Translations under genes and position numbers: made by a program
Assembly: GCA_963668025.2 (NCBI GenBank)
Contig: CAXXTH010000003.1
Coordinates: 96,001 to 160,000, forward strand
From: Candidatus Hydrogenedentota bacterium
GTDB lineage: Bacteria; Hydrogenedentota; Hydrogenedentia; Hydrogenedentales; SLHB01
Length of the DNA: 64,000 bases
Direction of reading: 5' to 3'
Notes under the pieces: generated by a model
What the model was told of the DNA's origin: nothing
Databases searched by the model: none
What the model saw: only the letters and a program-made list of their open reading frames with translations
Shown: one piece after another, positions 40,465-49,952 of the stretch
How positions within the stretch are numbered: position 1 is the stretch's first letter
Layout: each line of letters opens with the position of its first letter

Positions 40465-41910
40465 ATGTTTAGCGAATTGGACGAATTAGACAGCGAATTG
40501 AATGAGGAATGTGGCGTATTTGGCGTATTCGGTGATCCGGAGGCCGCTACGCTCACGTATTTGGGGCTTTACGCCCTGCAACACCGAGGCCAGGAAGGTG
40601 CGGGAATTGTCAGCGCGGACGCGGGAGATCTCCGCCGTTTTGTGGGCATGGGCTTGGTTTCGGAAGTATTCGCCACCAACAAGCGCCATCGGCTGGCCAG
40701 CCTTAAAGGGGATATCGCGATCGGCCATGTGCGCTATTCCACCTTCGGAGGGAATGCGCTATGCAATGTGCAGCCTCTTGTTCGTGACTATGCGAAAGGC
40801 TCCATGGCGCTGGCGCATAATGGAAATCTGGTGAATGCCGGGCGGTTGCGTGAACATCTCGAAGCCCAAGGCGCTATTTTTCATGCCACATCCGACAGTG
40901 AAGTGCCCATCCATCTTATCGCACGTTCCCGCAAAGAACGGTTTGTCGATTGTGTCGCGGATGCATTGAGCCAAGTGGTGGGGGCATATTCGCTGCTGGC
41001 TACAAATGGCGAGGAACTGGTGGCCGCGCGCGATCCGCTTGGATTCCGCCCCCTATGGATCGGCAAGCGGGGAAATGCGCATATTTTCACCAGCGAAAGC
41101 TGTGCTTTAGATATTATTGATGCCGACTGGGTTCGCGAGGTGGAGCCTGGTGAGGTTGTAGTGGCGACGCGTAAAGGGCTCGAATATTTTAAGCCGTTTC
41201 CGCCCGTGCATCCGCGTCCTTGCATCTTCGAATTCGTTTATGTGGCGCGGCCCGATAGCGAAATTTTCGGACGCAGTGTGGATGAAGTGCGCAAACAGCT
41301 TGGCCGCAACCTCGCCAAAGTGGCCCCTGTCGAGGCCGACCTGGTCATGGCGGTGCCGGATTCATCCAACCAGGTGGCTCTCGGCTATGCCCATGAATCG
41401 GGCATCCCTTTCGATATGGGCTTTATCCGCAACCATTATGTGGGGCGCACGTTCATCGAGCCCGACCAGAGCATCCGCGACTTCGGCGTCAAAATCAAGC
41501 TCAACCCGGCGCGCAGCGCCATTCGGGGCAAGCGGGTGGTTTTAGTGGACGACAGCATCGTCCGGGGCACCACGTCCAAAAAGATCATCAAGATGCTGCG
41601 CAAAGCGGGTGTGGCGGAGATCCATTTCCGTATCAGTTGCCCGCCCATTATCAATTCCTGTTATTATGGCATTGACACGCCACGCCAGGAACGGCTTATT
41701 GCGTCACAGATGTCCGTTGACGAGATTCGCGAATATGTGGGTGTAGACTCGTTGGTTTTCCAGCCCCTTGAAGGTTTAGTGGATGCCACGGGGTATAAGA
41801 AAGAGGACTTCTGTCTCGCCTGTTTTAACAACGATTATCCCACGCTAACGCCCAAAGATTATGGTTCCAATGGCCCCACCCGCCACCATGTGGACATTAG
41901 CAACGAATAG
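40465..41910 (+). CDS. purF: Amidophosphoribosyltransferase
   Basis: EECGVFG, LQHRGQEGAG, GHVRYST, AHNGNL, CIFEFVY.ARPDS, VDDSIVRGTT. Confidence 0.97.
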   Translation: MFSELDELDSELNEECGVFGVFGDPEAATLTYLGLYALQHRGQEGAGIVSADAGDLRRFVGMGLVSEVFATNKRHRLASLKGDIAIGHVRYSTFGGNALCNVQPLVRDYAKGSMALAHNGNLVNAGRLREHLEAQGAIFHATSDSEVPIHLIARSRKERFVDCVADALSQVVGAYSLLATNGEELVAARDPLGFRPLWIGKRGNAHIFTSESCALDIIDADWVREVEPGEVVVATRKGLEYFKPFPPVHPRPCIFEFVYVARPDSEIFGRSVDEVRKQLGRNLAKVAPVEADLVMAVPDSSNQVALGYAHESGIPFDMGFIRNHYVGRTFIEPDQSIRDFGVKIKLNPARSAIRGKRVVLVDDSIVRGTTSKKIIKMLRKAGVAEIHFRISCPPIINSCYYGIDTPRQERLIASQMSVDEIREYVGVDSLVFQPLEGLVDATGYKKEDFCLACFNNDYPTLTPKDYGSNGPTRHHVDISNE

Positions 41911-41971
41911 AAATCGCGATACCGCCCTTTTGTCTAGTGTGCCGCGTTATACGGAATGAGAGGCGGCGTCA

Positions 41972-43072
41972 TCACTGCGCCAGGTGCAGCACTTTAGCCA
42001 CATAAGGGGATAAGCCGTTCGCCATCCAGTAAAAACCCAACGTGTTCGGATGCACCCCATCCGTCAATCCATCGCCTTGTTTAGGCCCCAAGACCTCGAA
42101 ACCTTCCACCAGAAACACGCCTTTGTCTCCCGCCTCCACACACTGCTGGACCGCTTTCCGAATCACATTCCGCAGCGCTTCATGGCCGCTGGGCCGTTCC
42201 GCACCCGGAAGCTCCGTAGCCCAATAGATAGGGGTGACGCAAAGGATGGGCGTGTCTGCATGCTGTGACCGCAGCTTTTCAATGAAAGGTCGATAGTTTT
42301 TTTCGAGATCTTCCGGGCTCGCATTATTCTGGGAAAAATCAAGCACATAACAAGAAGCATCCACTTCCGCAAGCAACGCCGCCACTTCTTTTTCACCACG
42401 CCCGCATCCATTGAATCCAAAATTTACAAAATCGAGATTAAGTTGCCGGCACAAAATGGCTTCATAGCTGAGCCCCGCCCGGCTCGCACATCCCCCATGG
42501 GTGATCGAGGTGCCATAGAACACGACCGGCTTCGCTACCGCAAAAGCTTCCGCAGGTGCAATACTCGCGTTTGAATCCAGGCCGATGGCATTTACCGTAG
42601 TCTCGGTGAAAAGAGGCAGATACAAGCAAAAAGAACGCTCTTGCTTGGAAAGGCCCGTGCAAAATACATGCTCAATCTCTCCGGTAGCGTTCGGCGTCGC
42701 GGTGCCCAGATATTGGCCATCCACATACAGATCAAGTCCCGCTTCCCCAAAAAGACTCATATTCGGATTTTGCGCTTGGGTTCGGTCGGAGGTGAAGCGA
42801 ATGGCCAGGGATGTCGTGTCGCTGCGAAAACGAATGCGTGCTCCAGAGGAGGCTTTGCTCGTCTCCCAAACATAATCGGGGATGTTTTCTTTCGCACGCT
42901 GGGGAAGCCGCCACCAATGCCCCTCGTTTTCTTGGAGAAACGGAAGTCCGCGAATCTCGAATCGTGGGTCGGAGGCGGGTATCCAATTGGTGTCTTCGGC
43001 GCATACAGAGGCTGCATAACCCATGCTCATTACTCCTAATAAAACGGAAATAGTCAGATGTACACGCATCAT
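41972..43072 (-). CDS. Secreted SGNH/GDSL hydrolase
   Basis: Signal peptide, VFYGTSITHG, N.GF.G.G, DGVHPN. Confidence 0.88.
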   Translation of the reverse strand: MMRVHLTISVLLGVMSMGYAASVCAEDTNWIPASDPRFEIRGLPFLQENEGHWWRLPQRAKENIPDYVWETSKASSGARIRFRSDTTSLAIRFTSDRTQAQNPNMSLFGEAGLDLYVDGQYLGTATPNATGEIEHVFCTGLSKQERSFCLYLPLFTETTVNAIGLDSNASIAPAEAFAVAKPVVFYGTSITHGGCASRAGLSYEAILCRQLNLDFVNFGFNGCGRGEKEVAALLAEVDASCYVLDFSQNNASPEDLEKNYRPFIEKLRSQHADTPILCVTPIYWATELPGAERPSGHEALRNVIRKAVQQCVEAGDKGVFLVEGFEVLGPKQGDGLTDGVHPNTLGFYWMANGLSPYVAKVLHLAQ

Positions 43073-43152
43073 CGCTTCTCCTTTTAGCATGAGAATATAT
43101 CAAGACAGGCCAAACAGGCCAAACCTATAGCTTATGTGCAAATACCTTTTAT

Positions 43153-45066
43153 TTATGCGATACGCTCAATAGGCGCTCGATGAAGCATTGTACGCAATGC
43201 GGCTGTAATGCCAACAGCGTCAAGGCCAATTTCAGCCAATTGTTCATCCCGTGTAGCGTGTTCAATGTACGTATCTGGAAATCCCGCGCGTTGCAGCGTA
43301 ATCTCATGGAGGCGTCCGCTCTGTTGATAATACTCTAGAACAGCCGAGCCGAATCCGCCCTCGATACTATTTTCCTCCACGGTGAGAATAGGCCGGTCTG
43401 CGATTTGCTCCAGAAGCTGCGTATCTAGCGGTTTGACGAATCGCGCATCCGCCACCGCCACCGATAATCCTTCGGCCTCAAGCTCTTCAGCGGCTTTCAA
43501 ACACGTGGCCAGGCACGGGCCAACACCCAAAATCACCACGTCAGAACCTTCCCGGAGCATTTCGCCATGCGTGATGTCGCGTCCGGCGGCCTCTCCGATG
43601 GTGGGCGCTTTGGCTCGGGCATACCGGATGGCCACGGGCATATCTTGTTTTAGCGCCCAGTGGAGCATGGCGCTCATATCCACATCATCACGAGGAGCGG
43701 CGACCGCCACGCCGGGAATCACCCGCAAAAAGGATAAATCATATGCGCCTTGCTGGGTGGGGCTGTCTTCGCCCACGGCCCCAGCGCGGTCGATGGCAAA
43801 TACGACCGGAAGTCCTTGCATGCAGACATCGTGGATGTATTGGTCATACCCGCGCTGCAAGAAAGTCGAGTAGATGGCGCAAACCGGTTTCAGCCCGCTG
43901 ATGGCGAGGCCCGCCGCGAACGTTACCGCATGTTGTTCGCAAATCCCTACATCGAACACGCGGTCGGGGAAATGCTTCTCGAACTGGCTCAAACCCGTGC
44001 CCGTGGGCATGGCGGCCGTGATGCCTACGATGCGTTCATCTTCATGGGCGGCCTCGATCAGCGCCTCCGCGAACGCATCCGTGAAAGATTTCGCCCCTGC
44101 CCCTGCACTGTGGAACTTGCCTGTTTTGATGTCAAAAGCCCTTACGCCATGATACGTTAAGGGGTCTTCCTCCGCGAATTCATACCCCTTGCCTTTTTTC
44201 GTTACGCAATGGAAAAAAACAGGCCCCTTGATGGTCTTGATGTTGTTCAGGCAATCGAGCAAGGTGCCCAAATCATGGCCGTCCACGGGCCCCACGTATT
44301 TGAAGCCAAATGCTTCAAAGAGGGTGCCGGGAGTGATGAGGCTTTTCACCGATTGCTCGACGCGCTGGGCGGCTTTCCTAAGCTGCGGGCCTAATACCTG
44401 GCGCACCAGGCCGGAAATGTCTTCGCGGGCGCGCGTGTATAGCCCGCCTGTGATCAGGCGGCTGAAATACGCCGACAATACGCCTACATTAGGCGAAATG
44501 GCCATTTTATTGTCGTTGAGCACCACCAGCATGTCCGTGCCGATCTGCCCCGCATGGGCAAGGGCCTCGAAGGCCATGCCGCCCGTCATGGCCCCATCGC
44601 CGATGACCGCAATCACGCGCTGGTTGCCGCCTTGCCGGTCGCGCGCCACGGCCATCCCGAGTGCAGCCGAGATGGAAGTCGAACTATGGCCCACGCCGAA
44701 GGCGTCGTAAGGGCTTTCGCATGGCTTCGGATAGCCGCTCAAGCCGCCTTTTTTGCGTATCGTATGAAATTGGCTTGCCCGGCCCGTCAACAGCTTATGG
44801 GGATAACACTGATGGCCCACGTCCCAGATGACTTTATCCTGTTCCGTATCAAAGGCGTGATGGATGGCGATGGCCAGTTCGACGACGCCCAAATGAGGCG
44901 CTAAATGGCCCTCATTCACCGACGCCGTGGCCACGATGGTCTGGCGCATTTCCTCCGCGAGCCGTTTTAATTCATCTATCGAGAAAGATTTCAGGTCGCG
45001 CGGCCTTTTGATGCGGTCTAGCAAAGGCGTGCAACTGCGCTCATCGTTTGTGGGGATGTCCGTCAT
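43153..45066 (-). CDS. dxs: 1-deoxy-D-xylulose-5-phosphate synthase
   Basis: GHLAPHLGVVEL, WDVGHQ.YPHK, GHSSTSISA, IGDGAMTGGMAFEA, DVGICEQHA, YSTFLQRGYDQ. Confidence 0.97.
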   Translation of the reverse strand: MTDIPTNDERSCTPLLDRIKRPRDLKSFSIDELKRLAEEMRQTIVATASVNEGHLAPHLGVVELAIAIHHAFDTEQDKVIWDVGHQCYPHKLLTGRASQFHTIRKKGGLSGYPKPCESPYDAFGVGHSSTSISAALGMAVARDRQGGNQRVIAVIGDGAMTGGMAFEALAHAGQIGTDMLVVLNDNKMAISPNVGVLSAYFSRLITGGLYTRAREDISGLVRQVLGPQLRKAAQRVEQSVKSLITPGTLFEAFGFKYVGPVDGHDLGTLLDCLNNIKTIKGPVFFHCVTKKGKGYEFAEEDPLTYHGVRAFDIKTGKFHSAGAGAKSFTDAFAEALIEAAHEDERIVGITAAMPTGTGLSQFEKHFPDRVFDVGICEQHAVTFAAGLAISGLKPVCAIYSTFLQRGYDQYIHDVCMQGLPVVFAIDRAGAVGEDSPTQQGAYDLSFLRVIPGVAVAAPRDDVDMSAMLHWALKQDMPVAIRYARAKAPTIGEAAGRDITHGEMLREGSDVVILGVGPCLATCLKAAEELEAEGLSVAVADARFVKPLDTQLLEQIADRPILTVEENSIEGGFGSAVLEYYQQSGRLHEITLQRAGFPDTYIEHATRDEQLAEIGLDAVGITAALRTMLHRAPIERIA

Positions 45067-45262
45067 TCGCTCGTGTTTCCCAATTCACCGTTGCGGAAAA
45101 GCTCGCCGAATCCTGGCAAGCCATCTTCGTTATAAAATCCAAATCACACGGAAGAAATAGTATAGCAAGATATAGGCACGATTCTCACATTCTGTGGAGA
45201 ACTATTGGGCAATCCTTGATTTGTTGCTTTTTTTGTGTGATAGTTTGTGTGGAGGTGGTGAC

Positions 45263-45469
45263 ATGCCTACGAATCTGGAGCTTGATGATGCGCTGATCAA
45301 AAAGGCGCAGGAATTGGGAAACCATCGTACCAAAAAAGCCGCCGTGACCCAGGCGCTGATGGAATATGTGCAGCATTTGGAGCAACTGAAAATCTCTTCG
45401 CTTTTTGGCCGCATCGATTATGATTCCACATATGACTATAAAAAGGCGCGCCAGACTTTTCCTCTTTAA
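45263..45469 (+). CDS. vapB: VapB-type (DUF2191-like) antitoxin with no adjacent toxin
   Basis: MPTNLELDDALI..A..LG..RTKK.AV..AL.EYV...FG.IDYD..YDYK. GGAGG RBS. Confidence 0.8.
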   Translation: MPTNLELDDALIKKAQELGNHRTKKAAVTQALMEYVQHLEQLKISSLFGRIDYDSTYDYKKARQTFPL

Positions 45470-45483
45470 ACTACAATAAGCAA

Positions 45484-45699
45484 AGCGCGGCGTAGCCGCA
45501 ACCAAAAATCCGGATTTTAAACCACTAAATACACCAAATACACTAAAATTCAGATGGGTAGGGTGGGGCTTGCCCCACCGTTCAAGGATTCATCGATCAA
45601 AATACTATGTAAAAATCGTAGGTCCTAACCAGTTAAAATACATTGGTTTACACAGAAAATCCTCGCAAGAAAACAATGTTTTTAAGATAGTAGCACAGA
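45484..45699 (-). repeat. Composite dispersed repeat, copy B
   Basis: Reverse complement aligns to 16635-16856. GTAG-hairpin at 45558-45579. Confidence 0.88.
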
Positions 45700-45775
45700 T
45701 ATGTAAATATATAATTAAATATTCCAAAAAGAGGCCGCCATCAACTTTTCTCATTACTCTTGTTTTTCTATCGCC

Positions 45776-45805
45776 TTGTCCGGAAGTATCCTATAAGCGT
45801 ACAAT
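45776..45805 (+). promoter_or_regulatory. Putative sigma70 promoter
   Basis: TTGTCC-18 nt-TACAAT. Confidence 0.55.
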
Positions 45806-45811
45806 GCTTGG

Positions 45812-46030
45812 CATAGAAAGGAGGGTCACATTATGACCAACCTTTTGGGCAAGCCCGAAACACCCCAATGCGGGGATAACCACGGCTCTCGGGCGAAACG
45901 CGGTTAGGCGTGTAAAGGAGCAGTCAACTGGGCACTACCAGCGGCGTGGGTTCGCGGCAAGACAAGGCATAGGATGGTTTTCGGGAGCCATCAGCCGGAG
46001 CAATGAAAGCCTAACCGTTTTTGCCCGGCA
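45812..46030 (+). ncRNA. Candidate multi-stem non-coding RNA
   Basis: Nested stems 45816-45846, 45847-45852/46021-46026, 45853-45858/45889-45894 and 45896-45909/46009-46020, plus an inner hairpin gatggtt-ttcggg-agccatc. Confidence 0.55.
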
Positions 46031-46159
46031 TATATGCACCATCTTCATTCGGATTTTTACTGGTACGCAGCTTATATTCCCATCTCACTTTATCCCATGC
46101 CGAAAATCTGTGTCATCTGCGTAATCTGTGGAAAAAAAATGATTACCAGCTTATTGGTA

Positions 46160-46340
46160 CCACTATTTGGAAAAATGTTGTTTTATTACAAGGATTTTAC
46201 CGGGAAACCATTGCATATCAGCGAGTTATATTCTGGTCCATAAAGGCGTATCCTTTGAGCGGTGGGGCAAGCCCCACCCTACAGATTTTAGTGTATTTAG
46301 TGGTCTCAAAATCCGAATCTTTGGTTGCGGCCCTACCGCG
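46160..46340 (+). repeat. Composite dispersed repeat, copy C (includes IHF-like site TATCAGCGAGTTA at 46216-46228)
   Basis: REP hairpin 46261-46282, tttagtgta repeats and ttggttgcggc end. The upstream part aligns to 16640-16755. Confidence 0.82.
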
Positions 46341-46378
46341 TTTGGACATATTGATGTCTATTCGTGGTTAAAAATCCC

Positions 46379-48559
46379 TTATCCCGCGCTGAGCCGGGCG
46401 GCGCGGCGGAGGTTCACCGCCGTGATGCGTTTGCCGTAGAGGCGTTCGGGCAATTCCTCGGGATCCACGGCGGCGACGATGATCGCACGGATGGCGTCAT
46501 CCTGGATGTACGAGCGAATCTGCCGCACCAATGCGCCCCGGGGCGTGGGACTAAGTTTCACCTCGACGCCGACGCCGTCCTCCGTGAGCAAGTCGATCAA
46601 TCCGCCATTCACGGGCGCTTCCCGGCGCACGCCGACGCCCAGGTCCGTGAGCCACGTATGCAGCAATTCCTGGCAGCGGCGTTCGTCCGGGTGGCGGTCC
46701 CAGGAGAATGATTCGAGGGCCGCGAGAACGCTCCAATACGAATCCGGCTCCTTCATCTCGAATTCCGCACGCGCCTTATCGAGGTCCACCTCATACCGGC
46801 GCAAGAACTCGGCGGCGATCTCCTGCAACCGTTTCTCCCCGCCGCGCGTATCGAGTTCCGGCGCGAAGCGCTCCTCGGGATTCATGATATGGAATGCCTG
46901 TTCGCTCTTCAGATCGAGCACCTCCGCCACGGCGGGATCGGACCCTTCCCGGCTCAACAGAAACAGGGCCAGGACGCTCTCCTGTTGTCCGAACCGGTGG
47001 AGCCGCCCGATGATTTGGTGATGGATTTGCGGCGACCAGTCCAGTTCGCCAAACACCACAATCGAGCAATTCTCCTGCAAGCCGTCCATGCCTTCGCCTG
47101 AGCGCAACGAGAGGATAAGCAGATTCGTATCGCCCCGGATGAAGGCCAGCTTGTTGGCGTCCTTCTGTTGCGGCGATTCCGAGCCTGTAATGAGGACCGG
47201 CGCATATTCCGCTAAGACGGTCTTCCAGATCTCGTACGTATCACGATGCCAGCCCACGAGGATGACCGGCTGGCCGCTTTCGAGCACGATGCGCGTGCGC
47301 GCGGCCACATAGTGCGCCTTGGCCACCCCGGTGGCATGGCGTAGCGCCGTGTCGAAGCGCCCCATCGAGTTCATGCGGTCCTCGGAGGTGAAGCCAAACA
47401 GGGTGTGCTTGGCCAATTCAAGGATCTCACCCAGGGACGCATTAAAGCGCTGCACATCGTGGTCCACATACTCGATCACATGCTGCACCTCGGGCAGCTC
47501 GAGGCCCACCTCATGCTTGGTGCGGCGGATCATGAGAAGCTGTTCCCGCAACACCGAACCGAGGGCGGCGGGCTCATGGATGATGAGCTTATGGAACCGG
47601 GTCATCTCACCCCATGCCGCCACGAAATCCTTGAGCGTTCCCAGACAACGCGGCTTGAGGAGATTCAGCACATTGAATACTTCATCGCCGTAATTGTAAA
47701 TAGGCGTCGCCGTAAGGCCCACGCAGAAATCCGCATGTTTCGCCGCCACGCGCGCCGCGTTGTATTTCCCGGTGCCTTTGCGGCGCAATTCCTGGCATTC
47801 ATCGAAGACCACATAACGAAAAACATCCCGCGCGAACACATCCTCCCAGCCGCGCAGGCACGAGTATTTCATCACATACACATCCGCGGGCGGCAATTCG
47901 TAGGGCAATAAGCCGTCAATGGAATGGATGATCAACACATCGGAGCCCGGCGACGGCAGGGCCGCCGTCTCGTCCACATCATGGTATGCGCCGTTGCGCT
48001 CGATGCACGCCGTGGCGGTGAACTTGGCGAACTCGCGTACGGCCTGCTTGAATAACTGGGTCATCGTAACGAAAAGGGCGGGCGTGCGCCGTTCCTTCAA
48101 AATGGAAGCGATGGCCACGGCGGTCTTGCCCAGGCCCACATCATCCGCCACGAGAATGTGCTGCTGAAGGGCGATGGCTTCGACGGCTTTTTTCTGGTAT
48201 TCGCGCAACGGCATGCGCAAGGGCAATTCGAGCAGAGCGGGCTTGTGGATGTAGGTATTGAACTCCAGGACGGCTTCGGCGTGTTCGAGATCTTTCGTGA
48301 TAAGGCGTTCGAGCGCCTTGCGATCCTCAGGCGCAGCGCAAAGCGGATAGCGCTTCATGAACCAGTTCAACTCGGTCCAAAAACCAGGGATGGAAGTAGG
48401 GAGGGGGATATCCTCGCGCCCGGGGTGCAGCTCCGCATGAAAAAGCCGCCGGAAGCGCATGGCCACATCGGGCCGCGCATCGGCCAAATACCATTTCGTA
48501 GCCCGCTTCTCGATACGCCCGTAGGGCGAATCATCCAGCAGGGGCGTGGCGGTAAGCAT
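46379..48559 (-). CDS. SNF2-family helicase/ATPase fused to a C-terminal PD-(D/E)XK nuclease-like domain
   Basis: LVADDVGLGKT, DECQ, TATP, SLRSGEGMDGLQ, QIIGRLHRFGQ. C-terminal E..Q..L..L...G...RE......IDLL....V.VEVK......VRQI.SY. Confidence 0.85.
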   Translation of the reverse strand: MLTATPLLDDSPYGRIEKRATKWYLADARPDVAMRFRRLFHAELHPGREDIPLPTSIPGFWTELNWFMKRYPLCAAPEDRKALERLITKDLEHAEAVLEFNTYIHKPALLELPLRMPLREYQKKAVEAIALQQHILVADDVGLGKTAVAIASILKERRTPALFVTMTQLFKQAVREFAKFTATACIERNGAYHDVDETAALPSPGSDVLIIHSIDGLLPYELPPADVYVMKYSCLRGWEDVFARDVFRYVVFDECQELRRKGTGKYNAARVAAKHADFCVGLTATPIYNYGDEVFNVLNLLKPRCLGTLKDFVAAWGEMTRFHKLIIHEPAALGSVLREQLLMIRRTKHEVGLELPEVQHVIEYVDHDVQRFNASLGEILELAKHTLFGFTSEDRMNSMGRFDTALRHATGVAKAHYVAARTRIVLESGQPVILVGWHRDTYEIWKTVLAEYAPVLITGSESPQQKDANKLAFIRGDTNLLILSLRSGEGMDGLQENCSIVVFGELDWSPQIHHQIIGRLHRFGQQESVLALFLLSREGSDPAVAEVLDLKSEQAFHIMNPEERFAPELDTRGGEKRLQEIAAEFLRRYEVDLDKARAEFEMKEPDSYWSVLAALESFSWDRHPDERRCQELLHTWLTDLGVGVRREAPVNGGLIDLLTEDGVGVEVKLSPTPRGALVRQIRSYIQDDAIRAIIVAAVDPEELPERLYGKRITAVNLRRAARLSAG

Positions 48560-48724
48560 AGTAGAACTCATTCTCCTCATCGAACGAAAAGATATTCATC
48601 CGCTCCCCGATTCTTGATATGTTTTTTCCAGCGCTCTCCTCGATACTGCTACTAAAACAGTTCATATTTGGAGGCAACGATACGGCCCCCATCGCGCTCT
48701 ACAGTTCCAAGTCAATTATAAATG

Positions 48725-48776
48725 CCGTGGCATGGGCGTCCCCCTCATGCGCATGGCCGGGACGGCCATGCCACGG
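48725..48776. repeat. REP doublet (CATGG family)
   Basis: ccgtggcatgggcgtccccctcatgcgcatggccgggacggccatgccacgg, inverted relative to 3791-3839. Confidence 0.85.
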
Positions 48777-48826
48777 GAGAAGGGAATCCATTCGCTGTGT
48801 TGCATTCAATTTTAAACCACTCCACT

Positions 48827-49639
48827 CTATAGGATTGCCCAAGAGGGTAATTCTCCCCCGCAATGCATTACTGTTAGCCGTCGGCGAAGGGAAGACTGAC
48901 CAGGGGGTCCATCGTCATGGTAAGAGAATACATCAGATTTGCCATGTCTTAGTCTGGAAAGACCCGACTTTATCTTTGCATGGTCGGATAAAGTGATATA
49001 TAGCTCCACATTAATGACTTCACAGAATGAAGAAACATCCAAACAGCGCACATTTTTTGTTTCTCCATTTTTAAAGTCAAGCATAATCCCCTTCCCACTT
49101 TCATCGTCTTGCGAGTCCTCGTGCTCAAACGGCCACCTACTTTTTCCAGAATAGTCATTTAGAAGGATGTCAATTCTTGGATCATTTCTAGGGCTCGGCG
49201 GACGAAAATCCGAAGGAACTACGAAGGCTCGCATTTGACAGCTTGTTACCGCCTCTGTAACAGAATCAGAAACATTCTTCATTTTGAGATCGACAAATCC
49301 AAAATCAATATGAGTGTCCCAAATGGTATCCCATCCCATTCTCTCAGGACTTTCGTATTCGTCATTATGCTCTAAGATTCCTTTGAAATCTCCAGTATAC
49401 CCCATATTTTGCCATACAGACTCTAGTCCTAGTTTATCCAGACACATTAGCAGATCAAATGATTGAAAAGCTCGAAGTTCCTTTTCTGTCGTTATAACAA
49501 ATCGCATTCCAACTCCTTCACCCTTCAGAGGCAATCCCAATAATGATACGGCTTTATCTCTTCGGCCCTTTATAAAACCAAGATATGATATCGGTTTGCC
49601 TCCGTGTGGCTCTCCATAATCAAATTGAGTAGATTCCAT
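48827..49639 (-). CDS. Hypothetical protein, AT-rich (270 aa)
   Basis: Long ORF with GAGGTGG RBS before ATG 49639. GC content is visibly lower than in the neighbours. No recognisable motif. Confidence 0.6.
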   Translation of the reverse strand: MESTQFDYGEPHGGKPISYLGFIKGRRDKAVSLLGLPLKGEGVGMRFVITTEKELRAFQSFDLLMCLDKLGLESVWQNMGYTGDFKGILEHNDEYESPERMGWDTIWDTHIDFGFVDLKMKNVSDSVTEAVTSCQMRAFVVPSDFRPPSPRNDPRIDILLNDYSGKSRWPFEHEDSQDDESGKGIMLDFKNGETKNVRCLDVSSFCEVINVELYITLSDHAKIKSGLSRLRHGKSDVFSYHDDGPPGQSSLRRRLTVMHCGGELPSWAIL

Positions 49640-49751
49640 ACCGTTTTCCCACCTCATCAGCAGTATACGGCATTGTGCGCCGCCAGGCGAAATGAGGATT
49701 AATCCGTAATGCGAAAGCTGCATTTTTTTGACAGGATTGGCATGATCCCTA

Positions 49752-49841
49752 ACACGGCAGGGCCGCAACCAATGATTCGGATTTCGAGACCACTAAATAC
49801 ACGAAATACACGAAAATTTGTAGGGTGGGGCTTGCCCCACC
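49752..49841 (-). repeat. Composite dispersed repeat, copy D (partial)
   Basis: ggccgcaaccaa...accactaaatacacgaaatacacgaaa...gtagggtggggcttgccccacc. Confidence 0.85.
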
Positions 49842-49861
49842 GATCAGGGCCTTGTGGCCAT

Positions 49862-49952
49862 GCCACGGGAGATGCAAATACATTATGGAGGTTATATTCG
49901 CGTTCATTCGCGTCCATTCGCGGTAAAAAACGAAACACTTTGGTTGCAGCTA
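49862..49952 (+). repeat. Repeat with a 10-nt-period ATTCGCGTTC triplet; copy of 54671-54765
   Basis: gccacgggag...attcgcgttcattcgcgtccattcgcggtaaaaaacgaaacactttggttgc. Confidence 0.85.

Noticed and set aside
45833-45907. 24-aa ORF as a type I toxin
   Set aside because: The peptide is hydrophilic with no TM segment, and no antisense promoter or terminator was identified.
45896-45930. SRP RNA helix-8-like motif (GGTTAGG-CGT-GTAA-AGG-AGCAGTCA)
   Set aside because: There is a G-G mismatch in the apical stem, the conserved C is replaced, no extended SRP helix flanks it, and a stronger alternative 12-bp stem uses the same bases.
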